Shown here piece by piece: positions 15,210 to 25,467 of a DNA stretch of 40,697 nucleotides. The stretch is from the IMG/VR virus record IMGVR_UViG_2541047891_000003; one strand, given 5' to 3'. Position 1 is the first letter of the stretch. Every line of letters begins with the position of its first letter. The notes under the pieces are model-generated. The model worked only from the letters and a program-made list of their open reading frames with translations. It did no database searches and was not told the DNA's origin. Both the position numbers and the translations under genes were made by a program. Origin of the DNA: a virus. Its lineage: Duplodnaviria; Heunggongvirae; Uroviricota; Caudoviricetes.

Positions 15210-15929
15210 ATGGGTATGGATGACAGCACTCTGCTGAGGAACTCTTCACTTTTTATTGCTTATATGGGCTGTCTTGGATGGGGAAGCGCTTATTTCTATG
15301 GATGGGGGACTTCCTTTTACTATGGCTTTCCATGGTGGATCGTCGGGGCTGGCGTTGATGATGTGGCCCGAAGTTTGTTTTATGCTGTGAGCGTTATCGT
15401 TATATTCCTTACTGGATGGGGAGTAGGTATTGTTTTCTTTTTAGGCATAAAACAAAAAAACAATATACAGAATTTGAGTTTTATCAGACTTTTTCTGGCA
15501 ATATTGCTGCTTTTTATTCCGCCTGTTCTGGAGTTTTCGGTAATTCATCAGCACGTTGAGCCAGATGTGCTGTTTTTTTGTGTTATTGCTGCCTTTACAA
15601 TTACGCTTTTTGTCAGGTCAGGAGGAAGACTTATTTCAGTCAAATGTTTTTCGGAAGTGTCTTTTATTCGCCATCACCGAATTGAGTTTATTATGGCTGG
15701 ATTCATGATTTATTTCTGGACATTCTCTCTTATTGCCGGTTGGTATAAACCTCAGTTTAAGAGGGAATATCAGACGATCCACTATGAGAATACTTGGTAT
15801 TACGTTCTTGCACGCTATGATGATCGTCTGGTTTTATCGAAATCGTACAGTAATGGGAGTTCTGCATTCGTTATACTTAATAGCGGGCAGATTGATGACT
15901 TTGAAATTAATGTAGTCAGAGTTCGTTAA
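15210..15929 (+). CDS. Hypothetical polytopic inner-membrane protein (about 5 TM helices plus a ~70-aa C-terminal soluble domain); moron between Q and the tRNA/lysis genes
   Basis: 239-aa ORF, AT-rich, Trp/Phe/Tyr-rich TM segments; possible own promoter TTGACT-17-TTATGT near 15160; no family recognised. Confidence 0.6.
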   Translation: MGMDDSTLLRNSSLFIAYMGCLGWGSAYFYGWGTSFYYGFPWWIVGAGVDDVARSLFYAVSVIVIFLTGWGVGIVFFLGIKQKNNIQNLSFIRLFLAILLLFIPPVLEFSVIHQHVEPDVLFFCVIAAFTITLFVRSGGRLISVKCFSEVSFIRHHRIEFIMAGFMIYFWTFSLIAGWYKPQFKREYQTIHYENTWYYVLARYDDRLVLSKSYSNGSSAFVILNSGQIDDFEINVVRVR

Positions 15930-16051
15930 TATTGCCTGAGTAACTTTCTGTTGACCGCTCAGATTCTTTTATCATGTGTAGGCCAATATGCAGGATTTAA
16001 TCAGGGTAGGGTATTGCAGAGCTAAACTGGCATAAGTATTATTCCGCATAT

Positions 16052-16127
16052 GGCCCTTTAGCTCAGTGGTGAGAGCGAGCGACTCATAATCGCCAGGTCG
16101 CTGGTTCAAATCCAGCAAGGGCCACCA
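16052..16127 (+). tRNA. ileZ: tRNA-Ile2 (anticodon CAU, lysidine type; could alternatively be tRNA-Met)
   Basis: Cloverleaf with acceptor GGCCCTT/AAGGGCC, anticodon loop CTCATAA, T-loop TTCAAAT, CCA end; close to E. coli ileX as I recall it. Confidence 0.8.
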
Positions 16128-16128
16128 A

Positions 16129-16205
16129 CCGCCACTAGCTCATCAGGAAAGAGCGTCAACCCTTTAAGTTGAGAGTGCGAGGTTCGAGTCCCCGGTGGCG
16201 GTCCA
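16129..16205 (+). tRNA. tRNA with atypical anticodon loop CCTTTAA (anticodon UUU = Lys if canonical; C at position 33)
   Basis: Acceptor CCGCCAC/GTGGCGG, D-arm GCTC..GAGC, anticodon stem TCAAC/GTTGA, T-loop TTCGAGT, CCA end; identity uncertain. Confidence 0.6.
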
Positions 16206-16207
16206 GT

Positions 16208-16283
<76 letters not shown>

Positions 16284-16286
16284 TAT

Positions 16287-16361
<75 letters not shown>

Positions 16362-16367
16362 GTTAGA

Positions 16368-16492
16368 GTCTTTCAGTCTGCGATGATGGGAAATCCCTGA
16401 GTGACTGAAAGACGTTTAAGTTATGAATGATCGCTTTTTTTGCAAAATTGCTGTGCAGAAATACTAACCTTCGGGCAGGCGATCATTCATAA
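16368..16492. repeat. Two long inverted repeats: 11-bp arms GTCTTTCAGTC/GACTGAAAGAC and 14-bp arms TTATGAATGATCGC/GCGATCATTCATAA
   Basis: Perfect arms at 16368-16378/16403-16413 and 16421-16434/16479-16492, between the tRNA cluster and the holin. Confidence 0.7.
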
Positions 16493-16652
16493 GCACTCTG
16501 CTTTTATTCCGATTAACTGTGGGTGGTTTGTTGGATAGAGTGCTTCCCTTACTGTATATATCGTTTCGCCCGTTTTTGCGGTTTTTTCTTTTCAAATCCC
16601 TTTCATTTCTCAGTGTAAAACTACGCCATCCGTTATTTGCGGAGGTGAGGCT

Positions 16653-16868
16653 ATGAAATCCATGGACAAAATTTCAACGGGCATTGCCTACGGCACCTCC
16701 GCAGGCAGTGCTGGCTACTGGTTTTTACAGTGGCTTGATCAGGTCAGTCCGTCACAGTGGGCTGCGATTGGTGTACTGGGGAGTCTGGTTCTGGGCTTGC
16801 TGACGTATCTGACAAACCTTTATTTCAAGATTAAAGAAGATAAGCGTAAGGCTGCGAGAGGTGAATAA
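16653..16868 (+). CDS. S: Class II holin / pinholin (phage 21 S21-like, dual-start MKSM)
   Basis: 71-aa ORF, two TM segments, near-identical to S21 as I recall it; RBS GGAGGTGA upstream. Confidence 0.9.
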   Translation: MKSMDKISTGIAYGTSAGSAGYWFLQWLDQVSPSQWAAIGVLGSLVLGLLTYLTNLYFKIKEDKRKAARGE

Positions 16869-17365
16869 TGCCGCCATCATTACGCAAGGCTGTTGCTGCT
16901 GCTATTGGTGGTGGGGCTGTTGCCATAGCGTCTGTGCTCATCACTGGTCCGAGTGGTGACGATGGCCTGGAAGGTGTCAGCTACATACCATACAAAGATA
17001 TCGTTGGCGTATGGACTGTATGTCACGGACACACCGGAAAAGACATCATGCTCGGTAAAACGTATACCGAAGCAGAATGCAAAGCCCTCCTGAATAAAGA
17101 CCTTGCCACGGTCGCCAGACAAATTAACCCGTACATAAAAGTCGATATACCGGAAACAACGCGCGGCGCTCTTTACTCGTTCGTTTACAACGTGGGCGCT
17201 GGCAATTTCAGAACATCGACGCTTCTTCGCAAAATCAACCAGGGTGATATCAAAGGTGCGTGTGATCAGCTACGTCGCTGGACATACGCTGGTGGTAAGC
17301 AATGGAAAGGTCTCATGACTCGCCGTGAGATTGAGCGTGAAGTCTGTTTGTGGGGGCAACAATGA
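16868..17365 (+). CDS. R: SAR endolysin (lysozyme with N-terminal signal-anchor-release domain, R21-like)
   Basis: 165-aa ORF with a Gly/Ala-rich SAR N-terminus and a lysozyme domain; overlaps the holin stop. Confidence 0.9.
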   Translation: MPPSLRKAVAAAIGGGAVAIASVLITGPSGDDGLEGVSYIPYKDIVGVWTVCHGHTGKDIMLGKTYTEAECKALLNKDLATVARQINPYIKVDIPETTRGALYSFVYNVGAGNFRTSTLLRKINQGDIKGACDQLRRWTYAGGKQWKGLMTRREIEREVCLWGQQ

Positions 17366-17829
17366 GCAGAGTAACCGCGATTACCTCCGCTCTGGTTATC
17401 TGCATCATCGTCTGCCTGTCGTGGGCTGTTAATCATTACCGTGATAACGCCATCGCTTACAAAGAGCAGCGCGACAAAAACGCCAGAGAGTTGAAGCTGG
17501 CGAACGCCACCATCGCTGACATGCAGCAGCGTCAGCGTGATGTTGCTGCGCTCGATGCAAAGTACTCGAGAGAATTAGCCAATGCGAAAGCTGAAAATGA
17601 AACTCTGCGCGCTGATGTTGCCGCTGGTCGTAAGCGCCTGCGGGTCAATGCCAGTTGCTCCGCAGCCGTGCGTGAATCCACCGGACCCACCAGCGTGGAT
17701 AATGCAACCATCCCCCGACTGGCAGACACCGCTGAACGGGATTATTTCACCCTCAGAGAGCGGCTGATGACGATGCAGATGCAACTGGAAGGGGCACAGG
17801 AGTATATCCGCACTCAGTGCATTAAGTAG
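17362..17829 (+). CDS. Rz: Rz i-spanin
   Basis: ATG at 17362 overlapping the R stop (ATGA); N-terminal TM helix then coiled-coil. Confidence 0.85.
   Translation: MSRVTAITSALVICIIVCLSWAVNHYRDNAIAYKEQRDKNARELKLANATIADMQQRQRDVAALDAKYSRELANAKAENETLRADVAAGRKRLRVNASCSAAVRESTGPTSVDNATIPRLADTAERDYFTLRERLMTMQMQLEGAQEYIRTQCIK
17582..17767 (+). CDS. Rz1: Rz1 o-spanin lipoprotein embedded in the +1 frame of Rz
   Basis: 61-aa ORF fully inside Rz; lipobox LVVSAC; proline-rich. Confidence 0.8.
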   Translation: MRKLKMKLCALMLPLVVSACGSMPVAPQPCVNPPDPPAWIMQPSPDWQTPLNGIISPSESG

Positions 17830-17871
17830 CCTTTTTATCGTGGTAAACATTTCGCAGGGTATGAGGTATTT

Positions 17872-18222
17872 ATGCCATCACTAATCCCACGTGCCTGCCG
17901 TAAGCGTGGATGTGCAGGTACAACCACAGACAGTTCTGGTTACTGCGATAAACATCGTGGCGAAGGATGGGTACAGCATCAACGCGGACTGAGTCGCCAC
18001 CAGCGTGGCTATGGCTCGAAATGGGATGCCATACGTGCGCGCATACTGAAGCGTGATAATCATCTGTGTCAGAACTGCCTGCGCAATGGGAGAGCCGTTG
18101 AAGCCAGAACTGTGGACCACATCATTCCGAAAGCTCATGGTGGCACAGATGCAGACAGTAACCTGCAGAGTCTGTGCTGGCCCTGCCATAAAGCAAAAAC
18201 AGCGCGCGAACGCATCAATTGA
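17872..18222 (+). CDS. HNH endonuclease (terminase-associated)
   Basis: 116-aa ORF with Cys-rich HNH motifs (CQNC...DHIIPKAHGG...CWPCH) directly upstream of the terminase genes. Confidence 0.85.
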   Translation: MPSLIPRACRKRGCAGTTTDSSGYCDKHRGEGWVQHQRGLSRHQRGYGSKWDAIRARILKRDNHLCQNCLRNGRAVEARTVDHIIPKAHGGTDADSNLQSLCWPCHKAKTARERIN

Positions 18223-18369
18223 TAACAGTTCCCATCTGTAGGGGAGGGGCGGGTCAAATCTCTGCAGCCCTGGCTGCTCAGTACCGCCGCCTGACCTTTC
18301 CTCGCATCGCCGCAGGTTCGAAAACTTTTTTTTGGAATGTGATTAAATGATTGATAGGTAAAACCGATT

Positions 18370-18852
18370 ATGTCAGGACCCCCGAAAACCCCGCCACGCC
18401 TGCATTTGATACGAGGCAACCCCTCAAAGCGCCCCGTTAAAGACCCCAAAAAAGCCGCTAAAAAGGATGAAAAAGGTCTCCCTAAAATTCCGCAACATTT
18501 AGGGGCGCAGGGGAAGTACTGGTTCAGGCGAATGGCGGAAGAACTGAATGCGGAAGGGATCATTTCTCAGCTTGATGCGCGTGCACTCGAGTTACTGGTG
18601 GAAGCCTACATCGAATACCGGCATCACTGCGAAACACTCGATGTTGAGGGGTACACCTACCGCACGGAAACGCAGAACGGTGATGTGCTGATTAAGGCAC
18701 ACCCGGCTGCTGCGATGAAAGCGGATGCCTGGAAGCGGATCCGGGCGATGCTTGCAGAATTTGGTATGTCACCGGCAAGCCGGGCGAAAGTAAATACCGC
18801 CGGACCGGATGATGTTGATCCGCTGGCAGAGCTTTTAAAAGCGAGAGACTGA
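18370..18852 (+). CDS. Terminase small subunit
   Basis: 160-aa ORF immediately upstream of, and coupled to, the large terminase. Confidence 0.8.
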   Translation: MSGPPKTPPRLHLIRGNPSKRPVKDPKKAAKKDEKGLPKIPQHLGAQGKYWFRRMAEELNAEGIISQLDARALELLVEAYIEYRHHCETLDVEGYTYRTETQNGDVLIKAHPAAAMKADAWKRIRAMLAEFGMSPASRAKVNTAGPDDVDPLAELLKARD

Positions 18853-20609
18853 TGGCAAAAGTGGCTGACGGGATCCGCTACGCCGAACGTGTTGTTGCAG
18901 GAGAAATAGTCGCTGGCGAATTTGTCCGTCTGGCCTGCCAGCGTTTTCTTGATGATCTGAAGTATGGCGAAGAGCGGGGGATTTATTTCAGTGAACCCCG
19001 TGCGCAGCACATCCTGAATTTCTACAAATTTGTGCCTCATGTGAAAGGGGCGCTGGCAGGCCAGCCCATTGAATTGATGGACTGGCATGTATTTATCCTC
19101 ATTAATATTTTTGGTTTTGTCATTCCGCTGGTGAATGAAGAGACCGGGGAAGTTGTCATGCGCAGCGATGGCAGCGGACGCCCGGTGATGGTGCGCCGGT
19201 TCCGGACGGCGTACAACGAAGTTGCCCGTAAAAACGCAAAATCAACCCTGTCATCGGGTATCGGTCTGTATATGACGGGGGCAGATGGTGAAGGCGGGGC
19301 TGAGGTGTATTCAGCCGCAACCACGCGTGACCAGGCCAGAATTGTGTTTGAAGACGCCAAAAATATGGTCAGAAAAGCCCGGTCGACACTCGGGCGGTTG
19401 TTTGATTTCAACAAGCTGGCGATTTACCAGGAGCAGAGCGCATCAAAATTTGAACCGCTTTCCTCGGATGCAAACAACCTGGACGGTCTGAACATCCACT
19501 GCGCCATTATTGATGAGCTGCATGCTCATAAAACCCGTGACGTGTGGGACGTTCTGGAAACGGCAACCGGTGCCCGTCTGCAGTCCCTGTTATTTGGTAT
19601 CACCACGGCGGGCTTTAACAAGGAAGGGATTTGTTACGAGCAACGCGATTACGCCATCAAGGTATTGCGAGGCTATAACAGTGACGTGGAGGGCGCGGTA
19701 AAAGACGACTCCTACTTTGCGATTATTTACACGCTCGATGAGGGAGATGATCCGTTTGATGAAACGGTCTGGCAGAAAGCGAATCCGGGCCTGGGCATCT
19801 GTAAACGCTGGGATGATCTGCGTCGTCTGGCGAAAAAAGCGAAGGAGCAGGTCTCGGCGCGGGTGAATTTTTTCACCAAACACATGAATGTGTGGGTCAC
19901 TGCCGAATCGGCCTGGATGGACATGATTAAGTGGGAGAAGTGCGAATATATTGCTCCACAGCATGAGCTGAAAACGTATCCCATGTGGGTCGGTGTCGAC
20001 CTTGCTCATAAGATTGATATCTGCGCGGCGGCAAAACTCTGGCGAACCGATAACGGGCATGTTCATGCCGATTTTAAATTCTGGCTTCCGGAAGGGCGAC
20101 TGGATCGGTGTTCACGGCAGCAGGCAGAACTTTACCGGAAGTGGGCGGAGATGGATAAGCTCATCCTGACGGATGGTGATGTTATCGATCATGCTCAGAT
20201 AAAAAGTGACCTACTGGAATGGATTGGCGGTGAAAACCTGAGGGAACTGGGATTTGACCCGTGGAGCGCAATGCAGTTCAGTCTGGCGCTGGCTGAAGAA
20301 GGGATACCGCTGGTGGAAGTTCCGCAGACGGTCCGCAATCTGTCAGAGGCCATGAAGGAAACGGAATCACTGGTCTATGCCGGGCGTTTCCATCACAGCA
20401 ATCATCCGGTCATGAACTGGATGATGTCTAACGTTACGGTGAAACCGGACAAAAACGACAATATTTTCCCGAATAAATCCACGCCGGAAGCCAAAATCGA
20501 CGGTCCTGTTGCGATGTTTACAGCAATGAGCCGGATGCTGGTCAATGGCGGTGAACCGGAGCCGGATCTGTCTGAACACCTGATTAGTGTTGGTATCCGC
20601 TCGCTTTAA
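18852..20609 (+). CDS. Terminase large subunit (ATPase/nuclease)
   Basis: 585-aa ORF in the canonical position; ATGA overlap with the small subunit. Confidence 0.9.
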   Translation: MAKVADGIRYAERVVAGEIVAGEFVRLACQRFLDDLKYGEERGIYFSEPRAQHILNFYKFVPHVKGALAGQPIELMDWHVFILINIFGFVIPLVNEETGEVVMRSDGSGRPVMVRRFRTAYNEVARKNAKSTLSSGIGLYMTGADGEGGAEVYSAATTRDQARIVFEDAKNMVRKARSTLGRLFDFNKLAIYQEQSASKFEPLSSDANNLDGLNIHCAIIDELHAHKTRDVWDVLETATGARLQSLLFGITTAGFNKEGICYEQRDYAIKVLRGYNSDVEGAVKDDSYFAIIYTLDEGDDPFDETVWQKANPGLGICKRWDDLRRLAKKAKEQVSARVNFFTKHMNVWVTAESAWMDMIKWEKCEYIAPQHELKTYPMWVGVDLAHKIDICAAAKLWRTDNGHVHADFKFWLPEGRLDRCSRQQAELYRKWAEMDKLILTDGDVIDHAQIKSDLLEWIGGENLRELGFDPWSAMQFSLALAEEGIPLVEVPQTVRNLSEAMKETESLVYAGRFHHSNHPVMNWMMSNVTVKPDKNDNIFPNKSTPEAKIDGPVAMFTAMSRMLVNGGEPEPDLSEHLISVGIRSL

Positions 20610-20620
20610 CCGAGGGCATT

Positions 20621-20803
20621 ATGTTTCTGATAATTCTCACGCCACTGGTGGGTGTGCTGGGGGCGCTTTTGCTGTCGTATGGTGCCTGGCTGATTTATCC
20701 CCCGTCGGGTTTTGTTGTTGCCGGGGCGCTGTGTCTGTGCTGGTCGTGGCTGGTTGCGCGTTATCTCGATCGCGGTCAGCGGGTCGCCTCCGGAGGTGAG
20801 TAA
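20621..20803 (+). CDS. Hypothetical small membrane protein
   Basis: 60-aa ORF with two hydrophobic helices and GAGGG upstream, between terminase and portal. Confidence 0.45.
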   Translation: MFLIILTPLVGVLGALLLSYGAWLIYPPSGFVVAGALCLCWSWLVARYLDRGQRVASGGE

Positions 20804-22044
20804 TGTTTTTCCAGGGGCTTTTTCAACGCAAAAATAACACTCCCGTTACAACACCCGGGATGCTTGCGGAAGAGTTGGGATTGTCATACGACACCTATAC
20901 CGGAAAGCGGATCAGCAGTCAGCGGGCCATGCGGCTGACGGCGGTGTATTCCTGCGTCAGAGTGCTGGCGGAGTCTGTTGGTATGCTGCCCTGTAGCCTC
21001 TACAAAATCACCGGCACCCTTAAAACACGGGCGGTGGATGAACGACTGCATAAGCTGATTTCGGCAAAACCCAATGGCTACATGACACCGCAGGAATTCT
21101 GGGAACTGGTCATTGTCTGCCTGTGTTTGCGGGGGAATTTTTACGCTTACAAGGTGAAGGCGCTGGGAGAAGTGGTGGAGCTTCTTCCGATAGATCCGGG
21201 TTGTGTGGAGCCGAAGCTGAACTGTCAGTGGCAGCCGGTTTATCAGGTGACGTTTCCGGATGGTTCCGTGGATGTGCTGACCCAGGATGAAATCTGGCAT
21301 GTGCGTACTCTGACGCTGGACGGACTGGTCGGGCTGAATCCCATTGCGTATGCGCGTGAGGCCATTTCACTGGCAGCGGCAACCGAGGAGCACGGCGCCA
21401 GGTTGTTTGGTAACGGTGCTGTGACATCCGGTGTGTTGCGTACGGAACAAAAGCTCACGCCGGATGCTTATGAGCGCATGAAGAGGGATTTTGAGGAGCG
21501 TCATCTTGGGCTGGGTAATGCGCACCGTCCGATGATTCTGGAAATGGGGCTGGACTGGAAGCCGGTGGCACTGAATGCCGAGGACAGCCAGTTCCTGGAA
21601 ACCCGCAAGTTTCAGTTGGAAGAAATCTGTCGTCTTTTCCGCGTGCCACTGCATATGGTGCAGAACACTGACCGCGCCACCTTCAACAATATTGAAGAGC
21701 TGGGGCTTGGCTTCATTAACTATTCCCTTGTGCCGTATCTGACCCGTATTGAACAGCGGATCAATACAGGGCTGGTGAGGGAGAGTAAAAAGGGAAAATT
21801 TTACGCCAAATTTAATGCCGGGGCGTTGTTGCGTGGTGACATGAAATCCCGCTTTGAAGCGTATGCCACGGGGATCAACTGGGGGATTTATTCCCCTAAT
21901 GACTGCCGTGATCTGGAAGATATGAATCCCCGACCGGGCGGTGATGTGTATCTGACACCGATGAACATGACCACCAGTCCCTCTGCTGGCGATGACAACG
22001 GTAAGAAAAAGGAGAGTGGAGATGCAGACAAAACAGCGTCTTGA
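20803..22044 (+). CDS. Portal protein (HK97 family)
   Basis: 413-aa ORF following the terminase; HK97-type portal by order and size. Confidence 0.85.
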   Translation: MFFQGLFQRKNNTPVTTPGMLAEELGLSYDTYTGKRISSQRAMRLTAVYSCVRVLAESVGMLPCSLYKITGTLKTRAVDERLHKLISAKPNGYMTPQEFWELVIVCLCLRGNFYAYKVKALGEVVELLPIDPGCVEPKLNCQWQPVYQVTFPDGSVDVLTQDEIWHVRTLTLDGLVGLNPIAYAREAISLAAATEEHGARLFGNGAVTSGVLRTEQKLTPDAYERMKRDFEERHLGLGNAHRPMILEMGLDWKPVALNAEDSQFLETRKFQLEEICRLFRVPLHMVQNTDRATFNNIEELGLGFINYSLVPYLTRIEQRINTGLVRESKKGKFYAKFNAGALLRGDMKSRFEAYATGINWGIYSPNDCRDLEDMNPRPGGDVYLTPMNMTTSPSAGDDNGKKKESGDADKTAS

Positions 22045-22672
22045 TATACCGCTGAACCTGAAATCCGTCAGTGATTCCGGGGAATTTGAAGGTTACGGTT
22101 CTGTTTTTGGTGTTAAGGACAGCCACGATGATGTGGTGGTCCCCGGAGCCTTTACCACAACACTCCAGAAATGGAGCGAAAAAAAGGCGCTGCCTGCGTT
22201 GCTCTGGCAGCACCGCATAGATGAGCCCATCGGTGTGTACACCGAAATGAAAGAAGATGATGTCGGGCTTTATGTCAGGGGACGATTACTCATTGATGAT
22301 GATCCCCTGGCAAAACGTGCACATGCCCATATGAAGGCCGGTTCTTTAACCGGCCTTTCTATTGGCTACATCCTGAAAGACTGGGAGTACGACCGTGAAA
22401 AAGGGGTATTCCTGCTGAAAGAGATCGACCTGTGGGAGGTCAGTCTGGTGACGTTTCCTTCCAATGATGAGGCTCGCATCAGCGATGTGAAAAATGCGCT
22501 GGCGCGTGGGGAGATCCCTGATCAGAAAATCATTGAGCGGGTCCTGCGCGATGTTGGACTTTCGCGAACCCAGGCCAAAGCATTCATGGCCGGGGGATAC
22601 GGCGCTTTATCCCTGCGTGATGCTGAGGATGTGGATGCCGCACTGAATGCATTGAAAAATCTTAAATTTTAA
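22022..22672 (+). CDS. Prohead protease (HK97 family)
   Basis: ATG at 22022 with AAGGAGAG upstream (track start 21992 is the alternative); in the position between portal and capsid. Confidence 0.8.
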   Translation: MQTKQRLDIPLNLKSVSDSGEFEGYGSVFGVKDSHDDVVVPGAFTTTLQKWSEKKALPALLWQHRIDEPIGVYTEMKEDDVGLYVRGRLLIDDDPLAKRAHAHMKAGSLTGLSIGYILKDWEYDREKGVFLLKEIDLWEVSLVTFPSNDEARISDVKNALARGEIPDQKIIERVLRDVGLSRTQAKAFMAGGYGALSLRDAEDVDAALNALKNLKF

Positions 22673-22685
22673 CCAGGAGTAAATA

Positions 22686-23912
22686 ATGGCTGTTGATATT
22701 AAAGACGTTGAACAGGTCGCGCAGGATTTGCAGCAGAAGTTTGACGATTTTAAGGCAAAAAACGACAAGCGCATTGACGCGATCGAACAGGAAAAAAGCA
22801 AGCTGGCCGAACAGGTGGAAAGCCTGAACGGGCAAATCAGCGAGCTGGAGAACCTGAAAAGCGACCTGGAAAAAGAGCTGGCAGACATCAAGCGTCCGGC
22901 AGGCGGCACGCAAAATAAAGTTGCCGGTGAACACAAAGAAGCGTTTATCGGATTTATGCGCAAGGGGCGTGAAGACGGTCTGCGTGAACTTGAACGTAAG
23001 GCGCTTCAGGTAGGTAATGATGAAGATGGTGGTTATGCCATTCCGGAAGAACTGGATCGTACCATCCTGACGCTGCTGAAAGATGAGGTGGTGATGCGCC
23101 AGGAAGCCACTGTGATCACCCTCGGTGGCTCGGATTATAAAAAACTGGTGAATCTGGGCGGCACTAAGTCCGGATGGGTGGGGGAAACGGATACGCGTCC
23201 GGAAACCGCCACCTCAAAACTGGGGCTGATTGAACCTTTTATGGGGGAAATCTACGGCAACCCGCAGGCTACCCAGAAAATGCTCGATGATGCTTTTTTC
23301 AATGTGGAAGACTGGATCAACAGTGAACTGGCGCTGGAATTTGCCGAACAGGAAGAAATTGCCTTTACCAGTGGCGACGGCAGCAAAAAACCAAAAGGTT
23401 TTCTGGCTTATGAGTCCACCGATGAAGATGACAAGACCCGTGCGTTTGGCAAACTTCAGCACATCGCTTCCGGTTCGGCTTCTGGCGTGACCGCTGATGC
23501 GATCATTAAACTGATTTACACCCTGCGCAAGGCGCACCGTAGCGGCGCGAAGTTCATGATGAATAACAGCAGCCTGTTTGCCATTCGCCTGCTGAAGGAT
23601 AACGACGGAAATTATCTGTGGCGTCCGGGCATTGAGCTGGGTCAGCCTTCTTCACTGGCGGGGTATGGCATCGTTGAGAATGAGCAGATGCCGGATATTG
23701 CTGCCGATGCAAAAGCCATTGCGTTTGGTAACTTCAAACGCGGCTATACCATTGTTGATCGCATCGGTACCCGTATCCTGCGTGACCCGTACACCAACAA
23801 ACCGTTTGTGGGCTTTTATACCACCAAGCGAACCGGCGGTATGCTGGTGGATTCTCAGGCGATTAAGCTGATGAAAATTGGGGCCGCAACCCGCCAGAAA
23901 GCCGCGGCGTAA
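22686..23912 (+). CDS. Major capsid protein (HK97 fold, N-terminal coiled-coil delta domain)
   Basis: 408-aa ORF with a coiled-coil N-terminal ~100 aa followed by a capsid domain. Confidence 0.85.
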   Translation: MAVDIKDVEQVAQDLQQKFDDFKAKNDKRIDAIEQEKSKLAEQVESLNGQISELENLKSDLEKELADIKRPAGGTQNKVAGEHKEAFIGFMRKGREDGLRELERKALQVGNDEDGGYAIPEELDRTILTLLKDEVVMRQEATVITLGGSDYKKLVNLGGTKSGWVGETDTRPETATSKLGLIEPFMGEIYGNPQATQKMLDDAFFNVEDWINSELALEFAEQEEIAFTSGDGSKKPKGFLAYESTDEDDKTRAFGKLQHIASGSASGVTADAIIKLIYTLRKAHRSGAKFMMNNSSLFAIRLLKDNDGNYLWRPGIELGQPSSLAGYGIVENEQMPDIAADAKAIAFGNFKRGYTIVDRIGTRILRDPYTNKPFVGFYTTKRTGGMLVDSQAIKLMKIGAATRQKAAA

Positions 23913-23956
23913 TGCGGTTTTTTATGCCCGCACAGTGTTGCGGGCAGGAGTTTCTG

Positions 23957-24274
23957 ATGGCAGCAATAGTGGAAAAACTCAGGGCGCAGTGCCGTATTGA
24001 TACAGATGATGCAACTGATGATGAGTTACTGATGCTGTATTTCCGGGCTGCCTGCCGCAAGGCAGAAAATTTTATCAACCGTAAGCTTTATGAGGAGACG
24101 GTGCCGGAAGGTGATCCTGACGGGGTGCTTATAGCTGATGATGTTTTGCTGGCGCTCATGTTGCTGGTCGGACACTGGTACGAAAACCGGGAAAATTCCT
24201 CAGATGTCAGCAAGGCACCAGTCCCGTTTGGTTTTTCTTCTCTGCTGGAGCCTTATCGTTTTATTCCTTTGTAG
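23957..24274 (+). CDS. Head-tail connector protein (gp6-like)
   Basis: ATG at 23957 with GGAG upstream; small protein after the capsid gene. Confidence 0.6.
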   Translation: MAAIVEKLRAQCRIDTDDATDDELLMLYFRAACRKAENFINRKLYEETVPEGDPDGVLIADDVLLALMLLVGHWYENRENSSDVSKAPVPFGFSSLLEPYRFIPL

Positions 24275-24282
24275 GAGGAACC

Positions 24283-24621
24283 ATGCAGGCGGGCAGATTA
24301 CGTGATCGCGTAACTATTCTGAATGTCACCACCGCCCGCTCTCCGTCAGGGCATCCGGTGGAGACGGTGACGGAGGGAGCTACCGTATGGGCAGAAGTTA
24401 AGGGTATCAGCGGGAGGGAGATAATCTCAGGCGGAGCAGAAACCGCTCAGGCTACGGTCAGAGTCTGGATGAGATTCCGGCGCGATGTGACAGCGACTTC
24501 ACGTCTGAAAGTGCTGACCGGTGCATTTAAAGGGGCCATTCTGGGTATAGAAGGTCCACCAATACCGGATGCACGCGCCACCCGGCTTGAAATACTCTGC
24601 AGCCTGAAGGGGAATGTGTGA
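24283..24621 (+). CDS. Head closure / head-tail adaptor protein
   Basis: 112-aa ORF in conserved order. Confidence 0.6.
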   Translation: MQAGRLRDRVTILNVTTARSPSGHPVETVTEGATVWAEVKGISGREIISGGAETAQATVRVWMRFRRDVTATSRLKVLTGAFKGAILGIEGPPIPDARATRLEILCSLKGNV

Positions 24622-25067
24622 TGGATTTCAGTCTTGATTTTTCCGGCCTGGCGGATATTGCACGGGATCTGGAGACGCTCAGCAGGGCAGAAAACAATAA
24701 GGTTCTGCGCGATGCCACCCGTGCCGGTGCTGAAGTTATGCGGGATGCAGTTGTTGAACGTGCGCCGGAGCGAACCGGGAAACTGAAGAAAAATGTGGTT
24801 GTTCTCACTCAGCGTTCAAAGCGTCGGGGGGAAATTATCTCGGGTGTCCACATTCGCGGACGGAACCTGCGAACCGGAAACAGTGATGACAGCATGAAAG
24901 CCAGCGATCCCCGAAATGCGTTTTACTGGCGCTTTGTGGAGCTGGGAACGATAAACATGCCCGCGCATCCATTCATTCGCCCGGCTTTCGATACGACAGA
25001 GGAGCTGGCGGCGCAGGTTGCCATACAGCGAATGAATCAGGCTATTGATGAGGTCTTAAGTAAATGA
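24618..25067 (+). CDS. HK97 gp10-like neck/tail completion protein
   Basis: 149-aa ORF overlapping its neighbours (ATGA). Confidence 0.6.
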   Translation: MMDFSLDFSGLADIARDLETLSRAENNKVLRDATRAGAEVMRDAVVERAPERTGKLKKNVVVLTQRSKRRGEIISGVHIRGRNLRTGNSDDSMKASDPRNAFYWRFVELGTINMPAHPFIRPAFDTTEELAAQVAIQRMNQAIDEVLSK

Positions 25068-25408
25068 GGGAGGCCACACTGTATTCCCTGCTGTCTCAGC
25101 TGGCCGGAGGACAGGTATATCCTTATGTGGTCCCGCTGACGGAGGGAAAGCCTGCGGTATCTCCGCCGTGGCTGGTGTTTTCTGTGGTGTCTGACACGGC
25201 GTCTGATGTGCTTGATGGTCAGGCTGAATCCAGAATTGTCGTGCAGATCGATGTCTGGGCGACGGTACCTGATGACGCAGATGATATTCGTGAGCAGGCG
25301 CTTGATGCAGTAAGGAAACTGGCACCTTCCGTTATTTCTAAAACGCAGGGTTATGATCCTGACTCCCGTCTGAGCAGAGCCACGCTTGAATTTCAGGTAA
25401 TAGCCTGA
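25064..25408 (+). CDS. Tail terminator-like protein (gp11/DUF3168-like)
   Basis: 114-aa ORF in conserved order. Confidence 0.55.
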   Translation: MREATLYSLLSQLAGGQVYPYVVPLTEGKPAVSPPWLVFSVVSDTASDVLDGQAESRIVVQIDVWATVPDDADDIREQALDAVRKLAPSVISKTQGYDPDSRLSRATLEFQVIA

Positions 25409-25429
25409 GGTCGTTAATGATTTTACCCA

Positions 25430-25450
25430 CCCGCCGCTGGCGGGTTTTTT
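25430..25450 (+). terminator. Hairpin plus T-run upstream of the major tail gene (CCCGCC-gct-GGCGGG then TTTTTT)
   Basis: GC stem followed by a T-run; the track ORF start at 25417 reads through it and is probably not real. Confidence 0.5.
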
Positions 25451-25467
25451 ATTTTCAGGAGACGAGT

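Noticed and set aside
20884-21654. Multiple minus-strand ORFs within the portal gene
   Set aside because: They are antisense to the portal coding sequence, have biased Arg/Pro/His composition and no start context.
25417-25467. Track start of the major tail ORF at 25417
   Set aside because: It would translate through a terminator hairpin; the ATG at 25468 has a strong RBS and gives a typical gpV N-terminus.
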